Assembly: GCA_004297205.1 (NCBI GenBank)
Contig: SCUL01000002.1
Location: 658,893-722,892, forward strand
Reading direction: 5' to 3'
DNA length: 64,000 nucleotides
DNA from: Patescibacteria group bacterium
GTDB lineage: Bacteria; Patescibacteriota; Patescibacteriia; 2-12-FULL-57-11
Positions within the stretch are counted from its first letter, which is position 1. The number at the start of each line of letters is the position of its first letter. This document shows positions 53,367 to 63,097 of this stretch, piece after piece. The notes under the pieces were generated by a model that was given only the letters and a program-made list of their open reading frames with translations, did not search any database and was not told where the DNA came from. A program made the translations under genes and the position numbers.

Positions 53367-55913
53367 ATGGAGGAACGCCGGTATCTGGCGCATGCGACGC
53401 GCAGCGTGGAGGAATCCCTGCGCATGCTTGGCAGTGCGCCGGAAGGACTCACGGTACGCGAGGCCGTCGGCCGGCTGCACTCGGTCGGCGAGAACCGGCT
53501 GACGACGCGGCGCGTCACGCCGCAGCGCGTCCTGGCCCGCCAGTTCCGCTCGGCCTACGTCGGCCTGCTGCTCGTGGCCGCGCTGATTGCGCTCGGCCTC
53601 GGTGAGCGGCTCGATGCCGCGCTCATCCTGTTGTTCGTCGTCCTGAACGCGACGCTCGGGTTCTTCCAGGAATACCGCGCCGAGCGGGCGCTCGAATTGC
53701 TGCGTCTGCTCGTCCCCAAAAAGGCGCGCGTGCGGCGCGACGGAACGGAACAGCTCTTGGAGGCCGCGCATCTCGTGCCGGGCGACGTGGTCCGGCTCGT
53801 GCCCGGCGACCAGGTGCCGGCCGACCTGCGCGTCATCACCGCCGAGGGGCTGCTCGTCGACGAGTCGGCGCTCTCCGGCGAGTCGGCGCCGGCCGCCAAA
53901 GACGCGCGGCCGCTCGCAAAGCCGCCGGCCACCGATCTGGAAGCGCGCAACGTCCTGTTCTCCGGCACCGCCGTCGTCTCCGGCACCGCCGAAGGCGTCG
54001 TCGTGGCCACCGCCGGACGCACCGTGGTCGGGGAGTTGGCGCGCACCGTTGCGGAGACGCCGGAGACCTCCGAGCTCGCCCGGACGCTCGCCGGCTTCGG
54101 CCGTTTTTCGATGGCGCTGACGTTCGTGACGCTCGCCGTCATCTTTTGCGTGAAGTACCTGCTCGCACCCGGGCAGTTCAATGCCGCCGATTATCTGATT
54201 TTTGCGATCGCTCTGGCGGTCGGCGTGATTCCGGAGGCGTTGCCGCTCGTCGTCACGGTCTCGCTGTCCGCCGGCGCGCATCGTCTGGCCCGCAAGAAAG
54301 TCGTGCCGCGCCGGCTGTCCGCCATCGAAGACCTGGGTTCGATCCAGGTGCTGTGCACGGACAAGACCGGCACCATCACCGAGAACGCCATGTCGGTCGC
54401 GGACGTGGCCGGGGAGCGCACCGCGGTGCTTGCGGCCGCGCTTGCCGCCGCGCCGTCCGACGCCTTTGCCGAACACCAGCCGGGCAACGCGTTTGATCGC
54501 GCGCTCGCCGCCGCGGCCAACGTCGAGGCGCGCGCCGCTGCCGGCAGCGCCAAGAGAGTCCAAGAAATCCCGTTCACGCCGGAGCGGCGCCGCAACGTCA
54601 TGCGGCTTCAGGACGCGCGCGGCAACGAACGGCTCGTGGTCCGCGGCGCGCCGGAGGTCGTCCTGCCGCTGTGCGCGGCGGGGCTGGCCGCCGGTCCGCT
54701 TGCCGACTGGGTGGCAGAGCGCGGCCGGGAAGGCAAGCGCGTGCTTGCCGTGGCCGAGAAAGCCGTGGCGCGCGGCGAGGACACCGCCGCCGCGGAGACC
54801 GGCGGCTTCACCTTGCTCGGCGCCGCGGCTTTCGCCGACCCGTTGAAGCGGGACGCCGCAAGCACCATCGCCCGTGCCCGCGCGGCCGGCATCCAGGTCA
54901 AGATTCTGACCGGCGACGGGCCGGACGTCGCGGGCGCCGTCGGCGTGGCCGTGGGGCTTGTGGCGCGGCCGGAGGATGTCGTGACCGGCGCCGCCTTCAG
55001 CGCGCTGAGCTCTTCGGAGAAGCACGTCATCGCCCATGAGCGTCACGTCTTCGCCCGCGTCTCGCCGGCGCAGAAGTTCGAGATCATCGCCATTCTCAAG
55101 GAGCTGCAGGTCGTCGGCTTCCTGGGAGAAGGCTTCAACGACGCGCCGGGGCTCAAACTCGCGCACGTCGGGCTCGCCGTGGACAAGGCCGCCGACGTCG
55201 CCAAGGACGCGGCCGACATCATCCTCCTGAACCACGGCCTGCACGTGATCGTGGACGGCATCATGGAAGGGCGGCGCACCTTCTCGAACACCATGAAGTA
55301 CGTGCGCAACACGCTGTCCGCGAATTTCGGCAATTTCTTCGCGGTGGCGCTGTCCTCGCTGTTCGTGCCGTTCCTGCCGATCCTGCCGGTCCAGATCCTG
55401 CTCATCAACCTGCTGTCCGATTTCCCGATGATCTCGATCGCCACCGACCGCGTCGAGCCGGAAGACCTGCGCCGGCCGGCGGTGGCGCACATCCGGGACG
55501 TGGTGCTGTTCGCGCTCGTGCTCGGGCTCGTGTCCACGGTCTTCGATTTCATCTTTTTCGGCTGGTTCGTCCGTTTCGGCGAGCGGCCGTTGCAGACGAT
55601 GTGGTTCATGGGGTCGATCCTGACCGAACTCGTTCTGTTCTACTCGCTGCGCACCGCGCGTCCGTTCTGGAAGGGCGGTCGGCCGAGCCTGCTCGTGATG
55701 GCGCTGACCTGCGTTGCGACTGCGGCGACGCTCACCCTGCCGTACCTGATCGTCGCCCGCGGCGTCTTCCACTTCGTGCGTCCGGCGCCGGAGTGGATGA
55801 CCGCGGTCGTCGGCATCACCGCCGCCTACTTCGTCACGACGGAAATCGTGAAACTTGCCTACGAGAAGCTCCTTGGGGTACGAAACGGGGAGCATGTCCA
55901 TGATGTTTCCTGA
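53367..55913 (+). CDS. cation-transporting P-type ATPase
   Basis: CTDKTGTITEN phosphorylation motif, TGDGPD / GDGxNDAP-like (GFNDAPGLKLAHVG) motifs and 10-TM architecture. Start taken at MEERRYLAHA. Confidence 0.9.
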   Translation: MEERRYLAHATRSVEESLRMLGSAPEGLTVREAVGRLHSVGENRLTTRRVTPQRVLARQFRSAYVGLLLVAALIALGLGERLDAALILLFVVLNATLGFFQEYRAERALELLRLLVPKKARVRRDGTEQLLEAAHLVPGDVVRLVPGDQVPADLRVITAEGLLVDESALSGESAPAAKDARPLAKPPATDLEARNVLFSGTAVVSGTAEGVVVATAGRTVVGELARTVAETPETSELARTLAGFGRFSMALTFVTLAVIFCVKYLLAPGQFNAADYLIFAIALAVGVIPEALPLVVTVSLSAGAHRLARKKVVPRRLSAIEDLGSIQVLCTDKTGTITENAMSVADVAGERTAVLAAALAAAPSDAFAEHQPGNAFDRALAAAANVEARAAAGSAKRVQEIPFTPERRRNVMRLQDARGNERLVVRGAPEVVLPLCAAGLAAGPLADWVAERGREGKRVLAVAEKAVARGEDTAAAETGGFTLLGAAAFADPLKRDAASTIARARAAGIQVKILTGDGPDVAGAVGVAVGLVARPEDVVTGAAFSALSSSEKHVIAHERHVFARVSPAQKFEIIAILKELQVVGFLGEGFNDAPGLKLAHVGLAVDKAADVAKDAADIILLNHGLHVIVDGIMEGRRTFSNTMKYVRNTLSANFGNFFAVALSSLFVPFLPILPVQILLINLLSDFPMISIATDRVEPEDLRRPAVAHIRDVVLFALVLGLVSTVFDFIFFGWFVRFGERPLQTMWFMGSILTELVLFYSLRTARPFWKGGRPSLLVMALTCVATAATLTLPYLIVARGVFHFVRPAPEWMTAVVGITAAYFVTTEIVKLAYEKLLGVRNGEHVHDVS

Positions 55914-57606
55914 TCCGCGCTGGTTTCTTGACCGGCCCCGACTCCTTCTCGCCGCGCTGCTTCTCGGGGCAGCTCTCTTCTTTTTGCCGAATTTGGCCGA
56001 TCCGTTCGTCTCCGACGATTGGCACCACCTGTGGATCGCCGGGCACCGCACGCAGCCGCTCCTGGCGTATTTCACGACGAACTACGAAGGCACAACCAGC
56101 GGCGGCTCGTACCGGCCGCTCGTGAACGTGCTGTGGGCCGCGGTCGATGCCGCGGGCGGGGGAATGTCGCTTTCCGGCCGGCTGTTCGGCCACACTGCGG
56201 CGCTGGCGGCGCACCTCTTGTGCGTCGCGCTCCTCTTTTTGATCGGTCGGATGCTGGTGCCCGGGCGGCGCGGCACGGCGCTCGGCGCGCTGGCGGCGTT
56301 GTTCTTTGCGCTCATGCCCAACCATCCGGAAGCCGTGAACTGGGTGGGCGCGGCCAGCGATCCCATCGCCACGGCAGCCGTGCTCGCAGGCCTGCTCGTG
56401 TATCTGGACGCGCGGCAGGCGGCGCGGCTGGACTGGACGCATCTGGTGATTCCGGCCGCGGCCATGGCCGTCGGCCTCGCTGCAAAAGAAACGGCGATCG
56501 TCCTGCCGGTGGTCATTGGTCTGCACGCGCTCCTCACGCTGCGCCGTCCGTGGCGCGCGTCCCTCGCGCGGGGCGCCGCATTGCTCGCGCCGCTCGTCCT
56601 CGTCGCCGTCGCCTACCTGCTGATTCGCTTCCGCGCCACCGGGCTCCTCTACGGCTATTATGGCGCCGAGCGCATCCAGACTGATCTCATGGTCGCGGCG
56701 CGCACGTTCCTGGCGATTCCCGTTTCGCAGTTCCTGGCCGGTCCGGCGCGCAGCCATCTGATGCAGGCGCTCTATCGCGGCATCGACACGCACGCCGAAA
56801 CGTATCTGTTGGCCACGCTCGTTCCCGGACTCCTTCTCCTGTTCCGCGCCCGGCGCATCGTCTGGTGGCTGGCCGCCTCGTTTCTTCTCGCCATCGTCCC
56901 GGTCATGCAGTTCGGTTTGAACCATCTGCCCGGCCGCTGGAGCGATGAAGGCGAGCGCTACGCCTACCTGCCGTCGGCTTTCGGCGCCATGCTTGCGGCC
57001 TGGGCGGTGATCGCGCTCTGGAAGCGCGTCCACCGTTCGCGCCCGGCGCTGATCGCCGTCTGCCTCGCCGTGGTCGCCGTGCTGGCCGGACAGCTCGCGG
57101 CAAAAAACGCCGTGTGGTTCCGCGCCAGCCGTTTCGCAGAACAGGTTGCCCGGTCCTGGCCCGCGGACGCGGCACGGCAGGTCTTCGTCTACGGCCTGCC
57201 CGACAACCTGCGCGGCGTCCCGCTGTGGCGCAACGGGTTTGCGCAACGGCTGGAAGCGGCAGGCACGCGTCCCGCCGACCTGCGTGTCTCGGATATCCGC
57301 ACGGTCATGGACGAACCGCATGGATTTCAAGTGAACGACAACGGCCAGAATGTCTTTTGGTACGGCGATCCGGACGACACGTTCGACGTCGTGGGGCCGA
57401 CGCCGCCGGACCGCGTGGCGACGTCCTATGGCACGCTTCTCGGACAACCGCGCTTTGCCGTCTACGCCCTCACCTACCGGCATTTCGCCTCGGATGCGCT
57501 GGCGATTCCGGAGCCGACCCGCTCCGATGCCGCCGCCGCGTTTTGGACCGGGCAGGGTTGGACGATCCGTCCGCTTTCCTTGCCGCCGGGCGAGGCGGTA
57601 CAGTAG
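55894..57606 (+). CDS. multi-TM GT-C-fold glycosyltransferase-like membrane protein (ArnT/PMT-like)
   Basis: About 12 TM helices with an acidic first-loop motif (FVSDDWHH) and a soluble C-terminal domain. The family call is tentative. The start is uncertain and overlaps the P-type ATPase gene end. Confidence 0.45.
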   Translation: MSMMFPDPRWFLDRPRLLLAALLLGAALFFLPNLADPFVSDDWHHLWIAGHRTQPLLAYFTTNYEGTTSGGSYRPLVNVLWAAVDAAGGGMSLSGRLFGHTAALAAHLLCVALLFLIGRMLVPGRRGTALGALAALFFALMPNHPEAVNWVGAASDPIATAAVLAGLLVYLDARQAARLDWTHLVIPAAAMAVGLAAKETAIVLPVVIGLHALLTLRRPWRASLARGAALLAPLVLVAVAYLLIRFRATGLLYGYYGAERIQTDLMVAARTFLAIPVSQFLAGPARSHLMQALYRGIDTHAETYLLATLVPGLLLLFRARRIVWWLAASFLLAIVPVMQFGLNHLPGRWSDEGERYAYLPSAFGAMLAAWAVIALWKRVHRSRPALIAVCLAVVAVLAGQLAAKNAVWFRASRFAEQVARSWPADAARQVFVYGLPDNLRGVPLWRNGFAQRLEAAGTRPADLRVSDIRTVMDEPHGFQVNDNGQNVFWYGDPDDTFDVVGPTPPDRVATSYGTLLGQPRFAVYALTYRHFASDALAIPEPTRSDAAAAFWTGQGWTIRPLSLPPGEAVQ

Positions 57607-57614
57607 TTCGCACT

Positions 57615-58115
57615 ATGGCATCCGCCTCCGATTTCTCCCGTCGCACCGCCGCCGCGGTGGGCGCGCTGGCCCTCGTTTTTCTCGTCGGCGTGGCGGTCGT
57701 CCGCCGTCAGGAACAACCCGTCGTCAGCGACCGGGCGGTCGAGGCCATCGCGGCGCTCGAAGCGGGGCTCGTATTCACCGGGACGCGCTACGACGTCGTC
57801 GTGGCCCAGCTGCGCGCCTCGGCAGACGTCACGCAGAACATCACCGGGCTTGCCACCGACGCCGATGCCATCGCCGGCGCGGCTTCGGCGGTCACGGCTT
57901 CGCTCGGCGGCGTGCGCGGTCCGAGCAAGGACGCGGCCCGGGCCGGCGCGGAGCGCGCCGTGCAGGCCGCCGTTGCCGTGCGCACCTCGGCCCAGGTCCT
58001 TGCCAAGTACGCGGACGGCAGCGCGCCCGCAGTCGACGCCGTGGCCAGCATTCAGACGGCGCTCAGCGAGATCAGCGCCGCCCGTTCGCACATCGCGCCG
58101 CTGCGCATGCAATAA
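57615..58115 (+). CDS. hypothetical membrane-anchored Ala-rich protein
   Basis: Internal Met MASASDFSRR of ORF 57114..58115. Single N-terminal TM helix then an Ala-rich helical region. Confidence 0.45.
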   Translation: MASASDFSRRTAAAVGALALVFLVGVAVVRRQEQPVVSDRAVEAIAALEAGLVFTGTRYDVVVAQLRASADVTQNITGLATDADAIAGAASAVTASLGGVRGPSKDAARAGAERAVQAAVAVRTSAQVLAKYADGSAPAVDAVASIQTALSEISAARSHIAPLRMQ

Positions 58116-58150
58116 AAAAACGACCCCCGCCATGGCGGGGGTCGTTTTGC
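58113..58150. terminator. bidirectional rho-independent terminator (AAAAAAACGACCCCCGCC-atgg-CGGGGGTCGTTTT)
   Basis: Perfect hairpin with an A-run and a T-run, between convergent genes. Confidence 0.85.
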
Positions 58151-58153
58151 GTG

Positions 58154-59293
58154 TTAGATGAGGGGCAATGCGGCTTGGAGTCCGGCCACGAGGTCCCGCT
58201 CGGCATCGGCCAGCGTTTTGCCGCGGATGCAGATGCGGGCGCGGCGCATGCCGCCTTCCGGCTTCCAGGGCGCGGTCAGGCGCGCGGCGTCGTGCGGACG
58301 CGCGGCGTCGACGATGGCGCAGACCGTGCCGTCGGCGGCCTCAAAGGCGAGCAGGGCGACGCGCGCGTCCGGCGAGGTGGCGACCAGTTCGTCGAGCACG
58401 TCGGCGAGTTCCGTGTCCGCCGCGCCGGCCAGGGCAAAGTCCTGGCGGGTCAGCGAGCTCCAGACGAATTTTCGTGCCGGATCGTGCTTGAGGCGGGCCA
58501 GGGCGCGGCCCCACAGGCGCAGCGTCTGCACGGAGCGGGTGCGGTACAGGCCGTGGACGATGCGCTCGCGGTCGGCGCCGAGCGCCACGAGCTCCGCCGC
58601 GGCGGTCAGCGTGTCCGGAGCAATCTTCTCGCTCGTGAAACTGCGGCTCTTCGAAATCATGCCGGCCAGGAGCGCGGTGGCGATTTCCTCGTCGACGAGG
58701 CCGCGGTCGTGGTCCTTGATGAGGCGCCACAGCACTTCCGTGACCGAGGCCGCGGTCAGGTCGACGTAGTTCATGGTGCCGAAATGTTCATTGGCCGGAT
58801 CGTGGTCGAGGTTCGCGGTCGGCACTTTGAAGAAGAGGTCCGGCTGGTCGGCGAACAGCGCTCCGAGCGCGTTCAGATCCGCCGCGCCCAAGGTCACGAT
58901 GAAGTCGTACTTCATGCCGCTCGTCTCGGCGCGCACGTCTTCCGGCCGCCAGCCGCCCTGCTTGGGCGAGACGGCGATTTCGAGATGCGTGTCCGTCAGA
59001 CGGTAGGAGAGGTCGTGGAGCGGGACGTTCTGGGTGGGCAGGCGGATCAGCAGCGTCGTGACCGGCGGCAGCGTCGCGCGCACCCGGCCGGCGAGCGGCA
59101 GATAGGGATGAGCCGCGGCGTCGACAAAGCCATGGGAGACGGCGTCGGCCGGTTTGCCGAGTTTGGCGCAGATGCCCAAAAGGCCCGCGGCGGCGGCGAG
59201 CTGGTCGACGTTCGGGTGGGTCGGCAGGGCAATGAGCACGTGCCGGCTGCGGCCGAGCGCTTCGAAAAATTGGGCGGTTTGGGTGAGGGCCAT
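58154..59293 (-). CDS. nrnA: DHH-family phosphoesterase (NrnA-like bifunctional oligoribonuclease/pAp phosphatase)
   Basis: DHH motif region (HPNVDQLAAAAGL... DHD) and a DHHA1 C-terminal domain. Internal Met MALTQTAQFF of ORF 58154..60403. Confidence 0.75.
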   Translation of the reverse strand: MALTQTAQFFEALGRSRHVLIALPTHPNVDQLAAAAGLLGICAKLGKPADAVSHGFVDAAAHPYLPLAGRVRATLPPVTTLLIRLPTQNVPLHDLSYRLTDTHLEIAVSPKQGGWRPEDVRAETSGMKYDFIVTLGAADLNALGALFADQPDLFFKVPTANLDHDPANEHFGTMNYVDLTAASVTEVLWRLIKDHDRGLVDEEIATALLAGMISKSRSFTSEKIAPDTLTAAAELVALGADRERIVHGLYRTRSVQTLRLWGRALARLKHDPARKFVWSSLTRQDFALAGAADTELADVLDELVATSPDARVALLAFEAADGTVCAIVDAARPHDAARLTAPWKPEGGMRRARICIRGKTLADAERDLVAGLQAALPLI

Positions 59294-59431
59294 GGGAAAG
59301 AAGGAAGCACTATACGGGACATCCGGGGAGCCGTCAACGGGGGTGGTCGGGGGTCTTGACAAAGACGCCCCGCCGTGCCCGCGCCATAGTAGGGGAGCAC
59401 CCCGCCAGGGCGGGGTCAGGAGGATAGGACG

Positions 59432-60322
59432 ATGACGAGGAAGCGTGCGGTGCGGATCGCCGTGTTGTTGACGGCGGTCTGGTGCGCGGCGGGATGCCGC
59501 GAAGAACCGCGCTGGCCGGTGACCACGTCCACGCCGCGGATCGACTGCGGGCCGGCCGTGGGCGATGCGGGAACGTCCGAGGCGGACGCGGGGTTCGCGT
59601 TGTCCGACGCGGGGACGGCAGCGGGAGATGCGGCCGCCGACGGTGCGCCGCCCGCGGACGGCGGACCGCCGCCGCGCTGCATCGGCAGCTACGCCGAGGG
59701 CGTGGCGCTGTTCGCCGCCGAGACGTACGTCGTGCTGCGCGCGCACGTCGATCCGGAGGAGACGGCCGAGATCACTGCCTGGCCGTGGCAGACGTCGCTG
59801 GGCTCGGTGCGCCCGGTGGCGCGCGAGGTCGAGTGGCGGACCGAGGGCGACGCGGCGATGTTCCGCACGGAACCGCTGGCCGACCCGCGCGAACGGCGGC
59901 TGCGGCTCGCGGTCGCGGGCGACGCCTTCGACATGGGCGGGCGGGAACCGTACCTGACGGTCCGGGCCTGCGTGCGCAACGGCTGCCCGGCGGCCGCCGC
60001 GGACGGGTCCCCGTGCCGGTGCGAGGAGGAAGTCTGCAGCCCGATCATCCTCGCTGCGGCCGTGCCGTCCCTCGACGGGCGCTGGAGCTTCAGCGAAGAC
60101 GGCGCGGAGATGGGCGCCTTCGACATCCGGCAGTCCGGCCGGGTCCTCTCCGGCCTGCCCTACGACTTCCCGTTCAACATCGAGGGCGTGGGAGTGCAGG
60201 GCGGCGAGCTCGGCATCCTGGTCACGGGCGCCGTCGCCCCCGACCGTCGCAGCATCAGCGGGCTGCGGTTCACCGAAGACGGCGACGTCATCGGTCCCTG
60301 GTCCGCGCGGCGCGCGGACTGA
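59432..60322 (+). CDS. hypothetical lipoprotein (lipobox AAGC)
   Basis: MTRKRAVRIAVLLTAVWCAAGC signal/lipobox. SD AGGAGGA. Confidence 0.55.
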   Translation: MTRKRAVRIAVLLTAVWCAAGCREEPRWPVTTSTPRIDCGPAVGDAGTSEADAGFALSDAGTAAGDAAADGAPPADGGPPPRCIGSYAEGVALFAAETYVVLRAHVDPEETAEITAWPWQTSLGSVRPVAREVEWRTEGDAAMFRTEPLADPRERRLRLAVAGDAFDMGGREPYLTVRACVRNGCPAAAADGSPCRCEEEVCSPIILAAAVPSLDGRWSFSEDGAEMGAFDIRQSGRVLSGLPYDFPFNIEGVGVQGGELGILVTGAVAPDRRSISGLRFTEDGDVIGPWSARRAD

Positions 60323-60386
60323 GGCGGTCCTGCTGCGGGGCAGGGCCTTTTTCTTTTGGTTTTGCCTTGGTACGCTGGTTCCCGCT

Positions 60387-63044
60387 ATGGCCGAGATGCC
60401 CAAAGCCTACGACCCGTCCGCGCACGAGGATGCCATCCGCCGCCGCTGGGAAGACAGCGGCTACTTCACGCCGGAAAAGTTGCCGGGCAAGCGCACGGAG
60501 TCGTTCACGATCGTCATGCCGCCGCCGAACGTCACCGGCACGCTCCACATGGGCCATGCCGTCATGCTCGCCGTCGAAGACCTGATGATCCGTTTCGAGC
60601 GCATGCGCGGCAAGCGCGCGCTTTGGATTCCCGGCACCGACCACGCCGCCATCGCCACGCAGACGAAGGTCGAGAAGCTGATCATGGAAAAAGAGAAGAA
60701 GACGCGCCATGACTTGGGCCGCGAGGCGTTCTTGAAGCGCGTCGAAGCCTTTGCCGCGGAATCGCACGACACCATCGTGAACCAGGTGCGCATGATGGGC
60801 AGCTCCTGCGATTGGTCGCGCGAGGCGTACACGCTGGACGCGGCGCGCGGCGAATCCGTGAACGAAGCGTTCCAGCAGCTCTACGACATGGGGTTGCTCT
60901 ATCGCGGCGACCGCGTCATCAACTGGTGCCCGCGCTGCGCCTCGACGCTCGCCGATGACGAAGTGGAATACAAGGAAGGGGAGACGACGCTCTACACCTT
61001 CCGCTACGCCAAGGATTTTCCGATCGCCATCGCCACGACGCGTCCCGAGACCAAAGTCGGCGACACCGCCGTCGCCGTGAATCCGGAAGACGCCCGCTAT
61101 AAAAAGTTCATCGGCCAGGAAATCCGGGTGGACTTTTTGGGCGTGCCGCTCACCCTGAAGATCGTCGGACACCGCGCGGTGGATGCCGGCTTCGGCACCG
61201 GCGCGCTCGGCGTCACCCCGGCGCACAGCCAGGTCGACGAGCAGATCGCCCGCGAGAACGATCTGCCGGCGCTCCAGGTCATCGGCGAAGACGGCACGAT
61301 GACGGCGCTGGCTGGAGCATACGCCGGACTCTCGGTGCTCGAGGCGCGCAAACGGATTGTCGCGGATTTGAAGCAGGTCGGACTGATCGAAAGGGAGGAA
61401 ACCGTCGGTCAAAACCTCTCCGTCTGCTACCGCTGCGGCACGCCGGTCGAACCGCTGCCGAAGTTGCAGTGGTTCATCGCCGTGAATACGCACTTCCCGT
61501 TCGCGCAGTCCAAGCGCCATCCGATCCAGGGGATCAAAGACGGCCAGGAAGTGACGCTCAAGGAAGTCATGAGCCATGTCGTGAAGACCGGGCAGATCAA
61601 GATCGTTCCCGAGCGTTTCGAGAAGACGTACTTCCACTGGATCGACAACCTGCGCGACTGGTGCGCGTCGCGCCAGATTTGGTTCGGGCACCGCATTCCC
61701 GTTTGGTACCACTCGGAGAAGAAAGGCGACGATGCCTATGCCGTGGGCGCGCCGCCCAAGGGTTCCGGTTGGCAGCAGGACGGCGACACGCTCGACACCT
61801 GGTTCTCCTCCGGACTCTGGACGTTCTCGACCTTGGGCTGGCCGGACGAAAAAGCCAAGGACCTCGCCACCTACCATCCGACCTCGGTGCTTGAAACGGG
61901 CTACGACATCCTGTTCTTCTGGATCGCCCGTATGATCCTGATGTCCGTGGCGTTGCGCGGCGAAGTGCCGTTCAAAGAGGTCTACCTGCACGGGCTGGTG
62001 CGCGACGAGCAGGGACGCAAGATGTCCAAGTCGCTCGGCAATATCATCGACCCGCTCGACATGATCGCCAAGTTCGGCACCGACGCGGTACGCCTCTCGC
62101 TCGTCGTGGGATCCACGCCCGGCAATGACACGCGTCTCTCGGAAGAGAAGGTCGCCGGCTTCCGGAATTTCACGAACAAGCTCTGGAACATCGGCCGCTA
62201 CGTGCTGACGACGACCTCCGGCGAAACGCCCGATGAGCCGCCCGCGCCGAAGACGCTTGCCGACCGCTGGATTTTGTCGCGTCTCGCCGTGACGCAGGAG
62301 AAGGTGACGGCCCTCCTTGGTACCCACCAGTTCTCGGCCGCCGGTGAGGCGCTGCGCGACTTCACCTGGAGCGAGTACGCTGACTGGTACCTCGAAATCA
62401 GCAAAGGCCAGAAGCAGGATGCCGACCCGGCGTCGACCGACGCCATCCTGCGTTTTTCGCTCGCCACGCTCCTGAAGCTCTGGCACCCCTTCATGCCGTT
62501 CGTGACCGAGATGCTCTGGAAAGAGATGGGGGAGAAGGAATTGATCATGGTTGCCGACTGGCCCGACCACATCGGTCTCGAAGACGTGATCGCGGAGCGC
62601 GAGATGCAGCGCGTCCAGGATGTGGTCATCGCCATCCGCAACGTCCGCAGCGAGCACAAGATCAATCCCAAGCAGGAGATCGAAGTGAACCTGGCCGCCG
62701 GCAGCGAGCGCGAGCTGTTCATCCAGAACGCCGCCGCCGTTTCCGACCTCGCCAACGCCTGCTGCGTGGCCTTCGACGACCGCGAGAAGAAAGCGGAAGA
62801 AGTCGCCGCCGTCTCCGGCGCGGTGCAGATCTACGTCTTCCTTCCAACTGTGGGTGATGAAAAGAGCGAGGCCAAGCTCACGGCGCGCGCTGAGGAGCTG
62901 GAGCGCTACATCGCGCTCATCGAAGGAAAGCTCGCCAACGAGGAATTCACCGGCAAGGCGCCGCCCGCGGTCATCGAAAAGGAAAAGCAGAAGCGGGTCA
63001 CGGCGGCCGAGGAACTCGACAAGATCCGCAAGCAATTGGGGTAG
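60387..63044 (+). CDS. valS: valine--tRNA ligase
   Basis: Class I motifs (PPPNVTGTLHMGHA, KMSKSLGN), editing domain and C-terminal coiled coil. Confidence 0.95.
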   Translation: MAEMPKAYDPSAHEDAIRRRWEDSGYFTPEKLPGKRTESFTIVMPPPNVTGTLHMGHAVMLAVEDLMIRFERMRGKRALWIPGTDHAAIATQTKVEKLIMEKEKKTRHDLGREAFLKRVEAFAAESHDTIVNQVRMMGSSCDWSREAYTLDAARGESVNEAFQQLYDMGLLYRGDRVINWCPRCASTLADDEVEYKEGETTLYTFRYAKDFPIAIATTRPETKVGDTAVAVNPEDARYKKFIGQEIRVDFLGVPLTLKIVGHRAVDAGFGTGALGVTPAHSQVDEQIARENDLPALQVIGEDGTMTALAGAYAGLSVLEARKRIVADLKQVGLIEREETVGQNLSVCYRCGTPVEPLPKLQWFIAVNTHFPFAQSKRHPIQGIKDGQEVTLKEVMSHVVKTGQIKIVPERFEKTYFHWIDNLRDWCASRQIWFGHRIPVWYHSEKKGDDAYAVGAPPKGSGWQQDGDTLDTWFSSGLWTFSTLGWPDEKAKDLATYHPTSVLETGYDILFFWIARMILMSVALRGEVPFKEVYLHGLVRDEQGRKMSKSLGNIIDPLDMIAKFGTDAVRLSLVVGSTPGNDTRLSEEKVAGFRNFTNKLWNIGRYVLTTTSGETPDEPPAPKTLADRWILSRLAVTQEKVTALLGTHQFSAAGEALRDFTWSEYADWYLEISKGQKQDADPASTDAILRFSLATLLKLWHPFMPFVTEMLWKEMGEKELIMVADWPDHIGLEDVIAEREMQRVQDVVIAIRNVRSEHKINPKQEIEVNLAAGSERELFIQNAAAVSDLANACCVAFDDREKKAEEVAAVSGAVQIYVFLPTVGDEKSEAKLTARAEELERYIALIEGKLANEEFTGKAPPAVIEKEKQKRVTAAEELDKIRKQLG

Positions 63045-63097
63045 GGCGACGGGACCGGTTTGAACCGGTCCCGTTTCGTTGTTAGGATACCGTGCGT